Positions 37,219 through 46,615 are shown, counted from the stretch's first letter. The stretch: 64,000 nucleotides of DNA from a virus (IMGVR_UViG_3300027769_001114:66482-130481); one strand, 5' to 3'. Program-made: numbers and translations. The notes: generated by a model from the letters alone, not told the origin.

Positions 37219-37415
37219 TGCTCTATGACTCCCAGGGTCTCAACGAAGGCCATGGCCGCCTGAACGCTGTCGTCGGCCACATCAACCTGATCGCCATCGT
37301 CGGTTATGGAGTCGGAATACGACCCGCCCCACTCTTGGTCGAAACCAACGACATCGCCGCCCTCGTCCGTGTGGACGCTGACGGCGACGTAGAAGGTGTG
37401 AGATGCCGGCTTCAC
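37215..37415 (-). CDS. small acidic hypothetical protein
   Basis: Coupled ORF. Confidence 0.55.
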   Translation of the reverse strand: MKPASHTFYVAVSVHTDEGGDVVGFDQEWGGSYSDSITDDGDQVDVADDSVQAAMAFVETLGVIEQ

Positions 37416-37789
37416 CGAGCGTCCTCGTCAGCCGCAACGACTGCAACGAGTTCACGATCCCAATCGTCGTCCTCAATATGAAGAAGCTCGCGCCACACCT
37501 TGAGGTAGATGTCCCCACGGGGTCGGTCGACCTCGTGGATACGGCTCTTGAAGTTGACGTAGTCAATGGCGGTGGTGGCATTAACGAGATACCGCGCCCA
37601 TTCGTCCTTCTTGATGATGATGCGATACGGATAGTCGGCATTGGTCATCGCAATGATCCGGCCCGTGTCGTAGCCCCAATCTCTGATGTGTTGTAGGTCT
37701 TTAGAGTCCCGTGCGCGCACCATGAGCGTGTCGGGCTTGTCGCGGTGTTGTACCGCACTGAAATATCCGTCTTGAGTTGCTATCCACAT
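37412..37789 (-). CDS. conserved hypothetical protein
   Basis: MWI....GYFSAV...VRAR...DL, ADYPYR, IDY.NFK; conserved RBS element. Confidence 0.8.
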   Translation of the reverse strand: MWIATQDGYFSAVQHRDKPDTLMVRARDSKDLQHIRDWGYDTGRIIAMTNADYPYRIIIKKDEWARYLVNATTAIDYVNFKSRIHEVDRPRGDIYLKVWRELLHIEDDDWDRELVAVVAADEDAR

Positions 37790-37819
37790 AATGACCTCCT
37801 TGGTCGTTGTTGTTGTTGT

Positions 37820-38029
37820 TTATTCGGTTTCTGTATTTTCGACTAATGCTGCGTCCGCAAAGATGTAACGAACGCTCGCCGGCGCACTGACGACGAAGAT
37901 GTTCGGGCCTTGTGAGGGATCGGCTGCGATCTCGGCAAAGTGAGCGAGGGCCTGCCTGACGGCGTCCTCGGCACTCTCGGCGTCGTAGAGCATCGTCCAG
38001 TTCACTTCGTACTCACTTAAAGGCTTCAT
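37820..38029 (-). CDS. small hypothetical protein
   Basis: Y.V.W.....AES.E.A...A. Confidence 0.6.
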   Translation of the reverse strand: MKPLSEYEVNWTMLYDAESAEDAVRQALAHFAEIAADPSQGPNIFVVSAPASVRYIFADAALVENTETE

Positions 38030-38240
38030 CGTTCACCTCTTCGTCGTGATGGTTGTGGGCCGACGCAAGCGCCGTCTCAAAGTCCAGTGCCCACTTGTCG
38101 CAGAAGTGCATGATGTCGGCGATCAGATCGCCCACGACTGACTCGTCCGAAAGATCGGCAGATCCGGGCTCGTAGGCCGTAATCAACCGTCCGGCACGAT
38201 CTGCGCGGTCGTTGTTAGTTATCGGTTTGTAATCTTCCAT
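38013..38240 (-). CDS. small cassette hypothetical protein
   Basis: N..RA.RA...DLIADIMH.CD....DF...L..A..H..EE; conserved RBS element. Confidence 0.75.
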   Translation of the reverse strand: MEDYKPITNNDRADRAGRLITAYEPGSADLSDESVVGDLIADIMHFCDKWALDFETALASAHNHHDEEVNDEAFK

Positions 38241-38267
38241 GATGACCTCCTTGGTCGTTGGTATTCA

Positions 38268-38308
38268 TTGACTAGATCAGTCTGACGCCTAACGGCGTGC
38301 CGTGTCAA
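38268..38308 (-). promoter_or_regulatory. class A promoter unit (divergent)
   Basis: TTGACA-18-CAGACT-5-AGTCAA. Confidence 0.55.
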
Positions 38309-38310
38309 GT

Positions 38311-38793
38311 TCAGGAGATGCTGAAGGTGGTCTCGTTGCGAACCTGCACATCTTTGTAGCCGTCGGCGGCCCACTTCTCAGCGAGTGCGAAAGCTTCGAC
38401 CTTACTGAGGTAGGAGTCGTTCACTTCTCCACCGCCGACCCACACCGAGAACAAGTCGTCGGCGTCCTCGTCGGTCTCGTTGAAGGCGATCGTGGCCTTG
38501 ATCCAGGCCAGGACGTCGGTGGGGAGTTCCTCGTCGGTCTCAATCCACACATGGCTTACCGTGCGGAGTTCAAGAATGTTCCTCTGATCGCCTTCGTTGA
38601 TGACGACATATCCGTTGTCAATGGCCAACAGATCGCCTTCTGCGCCACGACCCTCAAAGGTGCGTACTGAGACGGTGGCGGGGTCAATCCATTCCTGTAG
38701 AACGGCCTTGGCGTCCTCATCGGTGAAGTGCCAACGGGCGACCTCATCGTCTCGGTCGCTCCATGGGTTGATGGTGGTGATTTCTATGCTCAT
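38311..38793 (-). CDS. acidic cassette hypothetical protein
   Basis: SVWVGG.EVND.YL...A..LA..W...GY.DV; RBS element variant. Confidence 0.75.
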   Translation of the reverse strand: MSIEITTINPWSDRDDEVARWHFTDEDAKAVLQEWIDPATVSVRTFEGRGAEGDLLAIDNGYVVINEGDQRNILELRTVSHVWIETDEELPTDVLAWIKATIAFNETDEDADDLFSVWVGGGEVNDSYLSKVEAFALAEKWAADGYKDVQVRNETTFSIS

Positions 38794-38821
38794 AGTGGGC
38801 CTCCTTGTGGCTTCTATTTCC

Positions 38822-38862
38822 TTGACACAAACCACTCTACACATTGGGTGTGTCAAAGTCAA
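38822..38862 (-). promoter_or_regulatory. class A promoter unit
   Basis: TTGACT-17-TAGAGT-6-TGTCAA. Confidence 0.75.
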
Positions 38863-38906
38863 ACATTAAAGCGGGGAATCTTCTAGATATTTTTCGACCG
38901 CATGAC

Positions 38907-38946
38907 TTGACTCTGTCACACCCCTGTGGCATGATGTGTTTGTCAA
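38907..38946 (+). promoter_or_regulatory. class A promoter unit
   Basis: TTGACT-17-CATGAT-5-TGTCAA. Confidence 0.75.
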
Positions 38947-38979
38947 GGAAACGCCTTGACATGGCCAAGGAGGTCCGAC

Positions 38980-39138
38980 ATGGACACAACCAACACCGAG
39001 ATGTGCGAAGTATGCGAAGTGCCCGTGGACTATTGCGAATGTGTCCGATGCCTTGACTGCGCAACGATCTACTTGGTAGACGATGCCGACAAGGTGACCG
39101 ATCCTGATGGCTTCGGCTGCGAGGCTTGCGCCGAGTAA
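38980..39138 (+). CDS. small Cys-rich cassette protein
   Basis: CEVC, CEC, CLDC, CEAC. Confidence 0.7.
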   Translation: MDTTNTEMCEVCEVPVDYCECVRCLDCATIYLVDDADKVTDPDGFGCEACAE

Positions 39139-39200
39139 TCGGTCGGGCCGGCGGTTCACGTCGTTTGACGCCTGCGCGGTACGGGCGGTACGATCGGCCC

Positions 39201-41165
39201 GTGGCGAGGATCGTACAGTCGGGGGGCAGTCAGTTGATCCTGGCCGACGACCACCTCGTCCTGGACTTCCCCTACGACGCTGACCAAGTGGCCACAGTGA
39301 AGGCCATGCACGGAGCTCGGTGGGACAAGATCGCACGGGTCTGGCGGCTTCCGATGGAGAGCCTGGCCGAAGCGCGGGCCTTCGCCCGTGACTGCTCATT
39401 CTGGGTCTCCCCGGAAGTCATGACTTTCAACCTGCCGATCCCGCTGGCCGGCGGAGTCACGGCGGGGAAGAAAAGGCTGCGCATTTCCGGGAAGAAGCTG
39501 CTGATTGAGTTCGGGTACGACCAGCTGATAGCTGAAGCTGCTCGAAAAACTCCGGGGGTGACGTGGGATAAGAAGGCCCGTGTCTTCTCGGCCCCGCTAT
39601 CGGCCGTGACTCATGTTCGAGATTTGTGCGCACGTTTCGGTTTCGACGCTGAGCCAGCTGTCGAAGAGCTCGCTGATGCAGCATCACGCCGGCAGAAGGA
39701 GTCGATTGACGCTTCGAGAGCGCTTGATGCTGACATCGAAGTCCCCGGCATCGGCGGCCAGCTGAAGAACTTCCAGCGGGCCGGCATCAAGTACGTCGTC
39801 GAAGCCCGGCGAGCGTTCCTCGCTGACGACATGGGAACCGGGAAGACGATCCAATCGCTCGTGGCCCTTGAAGCGGCAGCGCAGCAGGGCGTGACTTCGT
39901 GGCCAGCGGTCGTGGTCTGTCCGGCAACGCTTGTACTCAACTGGGGCCGAGAACTCGACAAATGGCTTCCCGGGAAGACGTGGAAGGTGATCCAAGGCCG
40001 GAAAGACCCGGGATCACTCGACGGAATCGACCTCGTGATTGTCGGGTGGCCCAACCTCAGCTCCCACGCCGAGCTGCTCTCCGGCTTCGCCAGCTACATC
40101 TTCGACGAGAGTCACGCAGCGAAGAACTACGACGCTGCTCGAACGAAGGCTGCAATCAAGGTCGCACGTCGAGCTCCGGGCCTGGTTCTCTGCCTGACCG
40201 GGACTCCAATCACGAACAAGCCAGCTGAATACGCTTCGCAGCTCGAGATATTGGGCCGCATCGACGACTTCGGTGGCCGGTGGGCCTTCTACAAGCGTTA
40301 CTGCAACGCCTTCCGTGACCGTTGGGGGCAATGGCATCTCGACGGGGCCGCCAATCTCCCGGAGCTGAACGAGAAGCTGCGGTCGATTTGTTACGTCAGA
40401 AGGACGAAGAACGATGTAATGCCGGAGCTGGCCCCGGTCGAAACAGCGGTGCGGCTCGTTCCGCCGGACTCGAAGGTGATGCTCGACTACCGGAAGGCCG
40501 AAGAAGACATCGTCGAGTACGCCGCTAATCGAGCTGCTGAGATAGCTCGAGAGCTCGGCAAGCCCGCAGGTCACGCAGCAGTACGGGCGCGGTTCGCTGC
40601 TGAGGCGAATGAGCATCTCGTCCGGGTCAGCGCGTTGAGACGCTTGGCGGCGAAGGCGAAGATCCCGGCAATCGAGGAAATGGTCGAAGAGATGGTCGAG
40701 TCCGGTCGAAAGGTCGTCCTTGCGGCCCACCACCGGGACATCGTCGACGAGTTGGCCGAACGTTTCGGCGGCTTGAAGATTCAGGGCCAGATGTCGCCGG
40801 AAGAAGTCGAGTCAGCCAAGCGTGACTTCCAGGAGCTCTCGGTCGAGAAGGCCCCAGTGATCGTGTTGTCGATCATGGCAGCATCAACCGGCCACACTCT
40901 GACAGCGTCGCAGGACGTCATCTTCGTCGAAGAGCCCTGGACGCCCGCAGATGTCGATCAGGTCGTCGCCCGGTGTCACCGGATGGGCCAGGAAGGATCA
41001 GTCACGGCGTGGCACGTCCTTGCCTCCGGCACCATCGACGAACGCGTCCACGAACTCGTTGAGTCGAAGAGGAGTGTCGTCAAGTCAGCGACCGACGGCG
41101 GCGAATCTTCGGCCCGTTCCGGCTCCGTCGTCGCCGACCTCCTGATGGGGATGGTCGGCGACTAA
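39201..41165 (+). CDS. SNF2-family helicase with two N-terminal HARP-like repeats
   Basis: LADDMGTGKT, VVCPA, FDESH, LTGTP..N, YVRRTK, Q..ARCHRMGQ; two F.YD.......PG..WDK..RVW units. Confidence 0.9.
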   Translation: MARIVQSGGSQLILADDHLVLDFPYDADQVATVKAMHGARWDKIARVWRLPMESLAEARAFARDCSFWVSPEVMTFNLPIPLAGGVTAGKKRLRISGKKLLIEFGYDQLIAEAARKTPGVTWDKKARVFSAPLSAVTHVRDLCARFGFDAEPAVEELADAASRRQKESIDASRALDADIEVPGIGGQLKNFQRAGIKYVVEARRAFLADDMGTGKTIQSLVALEAAAQQGVTSWPAVVVCPATLVLNWGRELDKWLPGKTWKVIQGRKDPGSLDGIDLVIVGWPNLSSHAELLSGFASYIFDESHAAKNYDAARTKAAIKVARRAPGLVLCLTGTPITNKPAEYASQLEILGRIDDFGGRWAFYKRYCNAFRDRWGQWHLDGAANLPELNEKLRSICYVRRTKNDVMPELAPVETAVRLVPPDSKVMLDYRKAEEDIVEYAANRAAEIARELGKPAGHAAVRARFAAEANEHLVRVSALRRLAAKAKIPAIEEMVEEMVESGRKVVLAAHHRDIVDELAERFGGLKIQGQMSPEEVESAKRDFQELSVEKAPVIVLSIMAASTGHTLTASQDVIFVEEPWTPADVDQVVARCHRMGQEGSVTAWHVLASGTIDERVHELVESKRSVVKSATDGGESSARSGSVVADLLMGMVGD

Positions 41166-41183
41166 CTCGCTGATCAGGTCAAG

Positions 41184-41417
41184 TCACTCGCCACGAAGCG
41201 ATGTGGTGACAGTCCAGGGGGTCTCACTTGACCAGTGGTCAATCTTGAGCAACTTCGTTCCGTAGGTGGCATCGACGTGGCTTGACATGTTCGTGGGGTC
41301 TTCGTTCTCAACCTGCGGCTCTTCAACCTGAACGGCGACCGCGTTCATTAGGGCGGCGACTTCGTCTTCGGTGAGTTCTCGGTCTGAATCAAATGTGATG
41401 GTGATTGTGTTTCTCAT
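41184..41417 (-). CDS. small cassette hypothetical protein
   Basis: Conserved RBS element and class A promoter. Confidence 0.7.
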   Translation of the reverse strand: MRNTITITFDSDRELTEDEVAALMNAVAVQVEEPQVENEDPTNMSSHVDATYGTKLLKIDHWSSETPWTVTTSLRGE

Positions 41418-41450
41418 GGCTTGACCTCCTTGGTCTGTCAAGGTATTTCC

Positions 41451-41490
41451 TTGACACATTCATCATGACACAGGGGTGTGATGAAGTCAA
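41451..41490 (-). promoter_or_regulatory. class A promoter unit
   Basis: TTGACT-17-CATGAT-5-TGTCAA. Confidence 0.75.
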
Positions 41491-41545
41491 GTCATTCGGG
41501 GTATTTCCCGGAAAAAAAATATCCGTATATTTCTTGCTCCAATGA

Positions 41546-41586
41546 TTGACTTTGACACACCCAAGGTATACGATACTTTGTGTCAA
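41546..41586 (+). promoter_or_regulatory. class A promoter unit
   Basis: TTGACT-17-TACGAT-6-TGTCAA. Confidence 0.8.
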
Positions 41587-41610
41587 GAAGATATGACCAA
41601 GGAGGTCACT

Positions 41611-41829
41611 ATGGAAACATCAGCAAAAGCAAGTGTCAGAGAAATATCGGTAAGTGGTGGTTGCAGGTTCACCATTGAAACCGGAGACGACGGCAAACTC
41701 GTCATCGACATTGACTTTGACTCAATCATGGACACATTAGATGAGTTCGCTTCGTGTGAATACATCTCTGAGGAAGACATTGAGTACATCTCCGATCAGA
41801 TGTCCAAAGGAGAGGTCACCGTCATCTGA
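41611..41829 (+). CDS. small acidic cassette protein, paralog of 29338-29562
   Basis: Sequence similarity; conserved RBS element. Confidence 0.75.
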   Translation: METSAKASVREISVSGGCRFTIETGDDGKLVIDIDFDSIMDTLDEFASCEYISEEDIEYISDQMSKGEVTVI

Positions 41830-41886
41830 CGGGGTCGTCACACCCATCTAGCAAGATATAACCAACACCGACCAAGGAGGTCACCT

Positions 41887-42087
41887 ATGAATACACAGAC
41901 CGAAAGCGAAGTAGTCCCCTGCGACCACGAGTATGAGGCGTACTGCCCGAACTGCGGGATCGACGCATTGGACGACGAGGACGGCACAGGGATCCTGTAC
42001 GACGAAGATGGCAACTCAGAGTATGAGAAAGCCATGGGCGCACCATACGACGACACAGACACCACACAAACGACCAAGGAGGTCTAG
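41887..42087 (+). CDS. small acidic Cys protein
   Basis: CDH....CPNC; conserved RBS element. Confidence 0.65.
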   Translation: MNTQTESEVVPCDHEYEAYCPNCGIDALDDEDGTGILYDEDGNSEYEKAMGAPYDDTDTTQTTKEV

Positions 42088-42089
42088 CC

Positions 42090-42695
42090 ATGCCAAACCA
42101 CTGCCTACAACAGACTGCGATACACGGGCCGCGAGAGTCCCGAGACAGATTCATCTCACTCGCCGTTGACGAGGGATATCCATCGCTCAAAGTTCTACAC
42201 CCGATGCCGGAAGAACTCTCCGGCACCTTTGTCGGTTTTACTCTCGACGAGGAACTAGCCAAGACACGCGCCGAGAGGCACGCATCGCTCCTTCTCAAGT
42301 ACGGGCACGGTGATTGGTACTCATGGGCACACGCCGAGTGGGGGACGAAGTGGGGCGACTACGAGACCAACGTGATCAACCACGACGAGTGGGAGACGAG
42401 CATTGAGTATCAGTCAGCCTGGGGTCCGTCATCGGAACTCGTGCGGCACATCTCGGCCCTGTTTCCCGACCTTCTCTTCGTCACCACGATCACCGAAGAG
42501 TCTCACGCCTTCGCCGGTTACACCATCCACAAGGACGGCAAGACACTTGAAGACACCGAGACCGAGATCCCTGAGTTTGATTGGGAAGCCGACGGCGAGG
42601 ACGACGAGAAGCGTTACGAGTGGGAGGACGCCTACGTGGTGAAGATGCAAGAACTCGCCGACGAGGCGACAGCCCGGTGGCTAGCGACCGCATAA
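42090..42695 (+). CDS. YubB/DUF1281-like ferredoxin-fold protein
   Basis: MPNHC, PMP..L, DWYSW...WGTKW, YQSAWGP, FPDL.F. Confidence 0.75.
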   Translation: MPNHCLQQTAIHGPRESRDRFISLAVDEGYPSLKVLHPMPEELSGTFVGFTLDEELAKTRAERHASLLLKYGHGDWYSWAHAEWGTKWGDYETNVINHDEWETSIEYQSAWGPSSELVRHISALFPDLLFVTTITEESHAFAGYTIHKDGKTLEDTETEIPEFDWEADGEDDEKRYEWEDAYVVKMQELADEATARWLATA

Positions 42696-42716
42696 CGATC
42701 GCTGGATCGACGAAAG

Positions 42717-42750
42717 AAAAGAGGCGACCCGAAATGGGCCGCCTCTTTTT
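42717..42750. terminator. bidirectional intrinsic terminator
   Basis: AAAAGAGGCGACCC-gaaat-GGGCCGCCTCTTTTT. Confidence 0.75.
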
Positions 42751-42797
42751 GTATCCGGTGTGAGGTTTCTCTGACAAACGGTCACGCAAGATCACTT

Positions 42798-43064
42798 ATG
42801 AGTAGCGTGACTGACATGAACTATGAAGACCAAGAAGAACTATTTGAGCGGGAAATCGACTGGTACTGCACCGGAGCTTTCCTGCTGCGGCCCCGATGCC
42901 GGGAGTGGGTCGAGTTTTCAAGACGCTTCGTTGAGTACTGCTTCACGTGGAATGGCTGTTGGGTCGCCGAAGAGGCGATCCGGGAATGGTTGAAGTATCT
43001 CAGTTCGCCGGAGGGTGAGTACTCGCCGCTCAAGTACGAGCGTGACTGGCATTTCAGGCGCTAG
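42798..43064 (+). CDS. small hypothetical protein
   Basis: 88-aa aromatic-rich ORF. Confidence 0.5.
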   Translation: MSSVTDMNYEDQEELFEREIDWYCTGAFLLRPRCREWVEFSRRFVEYCFTWNGCWVAEEAIREWLKYLSSPEGEYSPLKYERDWHFRR

Positions 43065-43309
43065 TGGCCACGTCTCTGCCGGAAGACCACGACCCCGTGC
43101 CGGCGGTACTCAGCCATCACTCCGCGCACATTGTGTCGAAGCTTGGTGCCAGAGCAATAACCGTACTGAGGGTCATTGACCGCTCCCTCTGGCGTTGATG
43201 CCAGAACCCACTCCAGGATCGTGTCACCCGTGGAGACCTTCTTGTAGTGGGAGAAACCGACGGTTCCGGTGGGCCTGAGTTCGACGTCCTCGCCGCACGA
43301 GCACTTCAT
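43061..43309 (-). CDS. small hypothetical protein
   Basis: ATGA-coupled to upstream cassette gene. Confidence 0.55.
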   Translation of the reverse strand: MKCSCGEDVELRPTGTVGFSHYKKVSTGDTILEWVLASTPEGAVNDPQYGYCSGTKLRHNVRGVMAEYRRHGVVVFRQRRGH

Positions 43310-43668
43310 GACTGAACCTCGCTGATGAGTCGCTCAACCGCCTCGGCGAGTTCTTCCTTGAATGATTCTCGGGCCATGCGCCACGACATCTCGGCGGCCA
43401 TGGGGAGAAGCTTCCACTTGTCTCTGCCGTCGCCGAATACTCCGGCGTAGCAGAGCGAGGTGATGCCGAACATGAAGTCGTCGTAGTTGCCCTTGATGAC
43501 TGAGTCTCGGACCTTGTGGGCCGCCTTGATGGCGAGTCGGTTCTTGGCTTTGTCGCCGAGGTCGAACTCGGCGATCTCTTCGTCGTCTGCTCCGGCCCAC
43601 AGAGCGATGACCTCGCTCATCGTGAGTGCCGTGGACATGATCTTGTCTATTGCTTCGTTTTCATCCAT
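43306..43668 (-). CDS. cassette hypothetical protein
   Basis: Conserved RBS element and class B promoter. Confidence 0.75.
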   Translation of the reverse strand: MDENEAIDKIMSTALTMSEVIALWAGADDEEIAEFDLGDKAKNRLAIKAAHKVRDSVIKGNYDDFMFGITSLCYAGVFGDGRDKWKLLPMAAEMSWRMARESFKEELAEAVERLISEVQS

Positions 43669-43697
43669 AGTGACCTCCTTGGTCGTTGTTGTAGTTG

Positions 43698-43728
43698 TAG
43701 AACGATCGTTGGCCCGCAGAGTGTGCGC
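43698..43728 (-). promoter_or_regulatory. class B promoter-like unit
   Basis: GCGCACAC-14-ATCGTTCTA. Confidence 0.7.
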
Positions 43729-43733
43729 ACCTT

Positions 43734-44156
43734 TCACTCGTCGTCGTCGTCGTCTTCTTCGGCTTCATCGTCGTCGTCGCATCCGCCTGAGCAGTCTGAG
43801 TAACCACAGTCTTCGCAAGGATCGTTCTCGTCTTCAAGACCTTGATCAACGAGGCTGACATACCCTGCGTTCGGGTTCTCCTCGTTGTGGCTGACGGCTT
43901 GTACGAACTTCAATGCGCAAGACTCGTTGTACCACTCTTCAACCATGGCGAGCATTTCCTCGGGAGTGCCGCGGAATGTCCGGTCGTCGCAGTTGGTGCC
44001 GTTGTAGTTCTCGGCGAACCACTTGGCTTCAACCTCATCCATGGCGAGGTAGATCTTGTGACAGCCATCGAAGGCCACCAGGTGAGCGTCTTCAATCGCT
44101 TCCTCAACGTTGTCCCAAGCTTCCTGCATTTTGTCTGTCATGTGCTTTGTTCCCAT
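43734..44156 (-). CDS. acidic cassette protein, paralog of 28722-29276
   Basis: Shared FDGCHKIYLAMD and EWY.ESC.L.FV.AV..N..NPN.GYVSL. Confidence 0.8.
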   Translation of the reverse strand: MGTKHMTDKMQEAWDNVEEAIEDAHLVAFDGCHKIYLAMDEVEAKWFAENYNGTNCDDRTFRGTPEEMLAMVEEWYNESCALKFVQAVSHNEENPNAGYVSLVDQGLEDENDPCEDCGYSDCSGGCDDDDEAEEDDDDDE

Positions 44157-44189
44157 GGCGACCTCCTTGGTCATTGTCTCGGTATCTCC

Positions 44190-44230
44190 TTGACAAAAAT
44201 CATCGTACCAAAAGGGTATGACAAAGTCAA
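44190..44230 (-). promoter_or_regulatory. class A promoter unit
   Basis: TTGACT-17-TACGAT-6-TGTCAA. Confidence 0.8.
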
Positions 44231-44285
44231 ACATTTCCTCAAAGAAATCCGAAAATAAATAATCTGGATTATTTGACATTTGGGG

Positions 44286-44326
44286 TTGACATCCATCGTC
44301 AATGGGAGTACGATTCTTTTTGTCAA
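44286..44326 (+). promoter_or_regulatory. class A promoter unit
   Basis: TTGACA-17-TACGAT-6-TGTCAA. Confidence 0.8.
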
Positions 44327-44350
44327 GGAATAACGACCAAGGAGGTCACT

Positions 44351-44548
44351 ATGGAAATCAACTTCACGATGAAAGACAGGGAACACGCCGAGGCGATGTG
44401 GATGCTCATGAGAAAGGCTTACGACGCCGTTGAGGGTCTCCCCAAGGAAACGCCCAAGGAGACGAAGCAACTCCTCTGGGAAGCACTCAACGAGGGCTAC
44501 ATCCTCGCTCAGGATCTCCTCCGCAAGACCGAGTATCTCGTCTGCTAA
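44351..44548 (+). CDS. small cassette hypothetical protein
   Basis: GACCAAGGAGGTCACT-ATG start. Confidence 0.75.
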   Translation: MEINFTMKDREHAEAMWMLMRKAYDAVEGLPKETPKETKQLLWEALNEGYILAQDLLRKTEYLVC

Positions 44549-44603
44549 CGGGAACTGATCACTCGGGGATTCGACACAACCAACAATGACCAAGGAGGTC
44601 ACT

Positions 44604-44816
44604 ATGAACAAGATTGAACAACTCAGCAAGGAAGCGGTAGAACTAGGTTTGTTTCTACTCGCCGGCGAATACAACAAGGCCCAAGGCTTTGCGGCGACCG
44701 ACAGGATTGAAGCCATCTGTCGTGAGATCGGCGGTTCACCAAGTGAACTGATCTCCAACTGCGAGGTAATACTCGCAAGTCGTCAGGCCGTCACTCTCGC
44801 CGAAGCAGGTAACTGA
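44604..44816 (+). CDS. small cassette hypothetical protein
   Basis: GACCAAGGAGGTCACT-ATG start. Confidence 0.75.
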   Translation: MNKIEQLSKEAVELGLFLLAGEYNKAQGFAATDRIEAICREIGGSPSELISNCEVILASRQAVTLAEAGN

Positions 44817-44818
44817 TT

Positions 44819-45280
44819 ATGGCAACTAGAGGGATCATCGCAGTCGCCAACAACGACACAATCGCCGAGGGGTGGCGTGGAAGCTACTCCCATTGGGATA
44901 ACTATCCCGAACGGATGGTCGGCGTTCTTGCCATCCTGGTCGAGCGAGACGGCTACGACAAGGTCGTCAAGACCCTGACGGCCGATCATCAGTCGTGGTC
45001 GTTCATTGACCCGTTCTACGAAGACGACGCTCCTAACTCAGTCAAGGGCTACGGAACGTTCCACGAAGACGAGGATCTGACCGACGAGAACTCGTGGTAT
45101 ACCCACGACTGCGGTTGGTACTCATACGCCTCGTACGCCTATGTCATGACGACTGAGGGCCTTCTCGTCACCCGAGTCGTTGAGACGGGCAACATGTGGG
45201 AGAACGACAAACGGGACATTCAGTCCGATACCTTCCACCCGTGGTCGACGATCATGCCGGGACTTTTCAACCCGGTTTGA
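44819..45280 (+). CDS. conserved phage hypothetical protein
   Basis: MATRG.I....Y.HWD.YP. Confidence 0.75.
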   Translation: MATRGIIAVANNDTIAEGWRGSYSHWDNYPERMVGVLAILVERDGYDKVVKTLTADHQSWSFIDPFYEDDAPNSVKGYGTFHEDEDLTDENSWYTHDCGWYSYASYAYVMTTEGLLVTRVVETGNMWENDKRDIQSDTFHPWSTIMPGLFNPV

Positions 45281-45411
45281 CACCGATGGCGGCGGTGTGG
45301 AAACATCGTCGGGTCGGGTCAATAGGCCCGAGCCATAACCAACACAACGCGGCGAGGCCCACGGAAGACGGAGAGATCCGCCGGCCGTGGGCCTTTCTGT
45401 TGCTCGGACTT

Positions 45412-46407
45412 TTACTGTTGGTTACCGTCAAAGGGGGGTATGTCCCAATCGTAAAAACGCGCAACATTGTATATGGGGAACTTCTGGCGTGGGGCTTCAC
45501 TTTCCGTGACTTCTTGTCGGTACTCGCAACTCGAGCAAAGCGGGCCTGACTTCATGTCTTCGGGCGTCAGCTTCTCCGTCGCTCCCCAGCCCCACTTGCA
45601 GATCTTCGCCGGATGCCCGGCGGCAGCGACCTCGACTTCGAGTTCCCGGATTTGAGCAGCAACGTCCGGGAAGAACATCTCGACCTCGGCCAGTTCATCC
45701 TTGTGCGCAAAGGCCCCACAGAGGCACTCGCCGGACATATGAATCAGATCCGATACTCGGTTACGCGGTACATCGCCCGCCCAGTCACGGTAGGTGTAGA
45801 GGTCAGTCTTCGTCCAGTTGACGAGCGGCGAGACCCAAACGACTGATCCTTCTCGATTCAGTTCCGGGACGTTGGCTCGACGGGCCGACTCGGTTCGACG
45901 ACGGCCGGCAAGGAAGACGACCCGTTCTTTTCGCGGGTTCGAGACAATCTGAGCACGGGCCTGGCGAAGACACCGCTCCTTGAGCCGCTGATACATCTTC
46001 CAATGATGCCCAGGCCCCGGAAAACCTTGGTCGACAACGAGCTCTCGATACGTCGACCCAGCTGGCGGGTAGTACTCCCGCAGCTCGAGACCCCAGTCGA
46101 GGCAGGTCTTGCGCACGAAGTCACGGGTCTCTTCGATCCCGATCGTGGTGTTTGCATGAACGGCCACGTCGACTCGGCCCCGGAACATGTGGGCCAGGCA
46201 GGTCGAGTCGTTGCCGCCCGAGTAGAGGACAGCGATGCCGGCCACCGACTTGCCTTCTCCGGTGATCATTGACTCGATCCCCCAGTCGAGCAGGGCGTGA
46301 CTCTCCTCAAGTAAAGCGTGCATCCGGGCGAGGCGTTCATCTTTGTCGAGGGCCTGCACGTCGGCCTCGGCCATCGCTAGCTTGTTGAGGTCAGGTTGTT
46401 GGATCAT
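45412..46407 (-). CDS. PAPS-reductase-family PP-loop protein with Cys clusters
   Basis: VLYSGGNDS, NT.I, GFPGP..H...YQRLKER, GRRRTESARR, SPL..W, SGECLCGA, CSSC. Confidence 0.82.
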   Translation of the reverse strand: MIQQPDLNKLAMAEADVQALDKDERLARMHALLEESHALLDWGIESMITGEGKSVAGIAVLYSGGNDSTCLAHMFRGRVDVAVHANTTIGIEETRDFVRKTCLDWGLELREYYPPAGSTYRELVVDQGFPGPGHHWKMYQRLKERCLRQARAQIVSNPRKERVVFLAGRRRTESARRANVPELNREGSVVWVSPLVNWTKTDLYTYRDWAGDVPRNRVSDLIHMSGECLCGAFAHKDELAEVEMFFPDVAAQIRELEVEVAAAGHPAKICKWGWGATEKLTPEDMKSGPLCSSCEYRQEVTESEAPRQKFPIYNVARFYDWDIPPFDGNQQ

Positions 46408-46615
46408 GGAAGTCAAGAATACACGGGCCTTGAGTTCTTCCGGCCCATGAACACATTTGCGTAGTCACGCAGGAAGAGCTAAGCCCAGTCGACGGCCGAT
46501 GGCCCCGGGCGACGTTTCGCCGGGACGGTCTTCGCTCTGAGGACATTCCCCGATGCGAACTCGAGGCGGTCAGCGTCCGACCAAGGTCGGCGTGCCACCT
46601 TGGGGGCGGGTCGCT

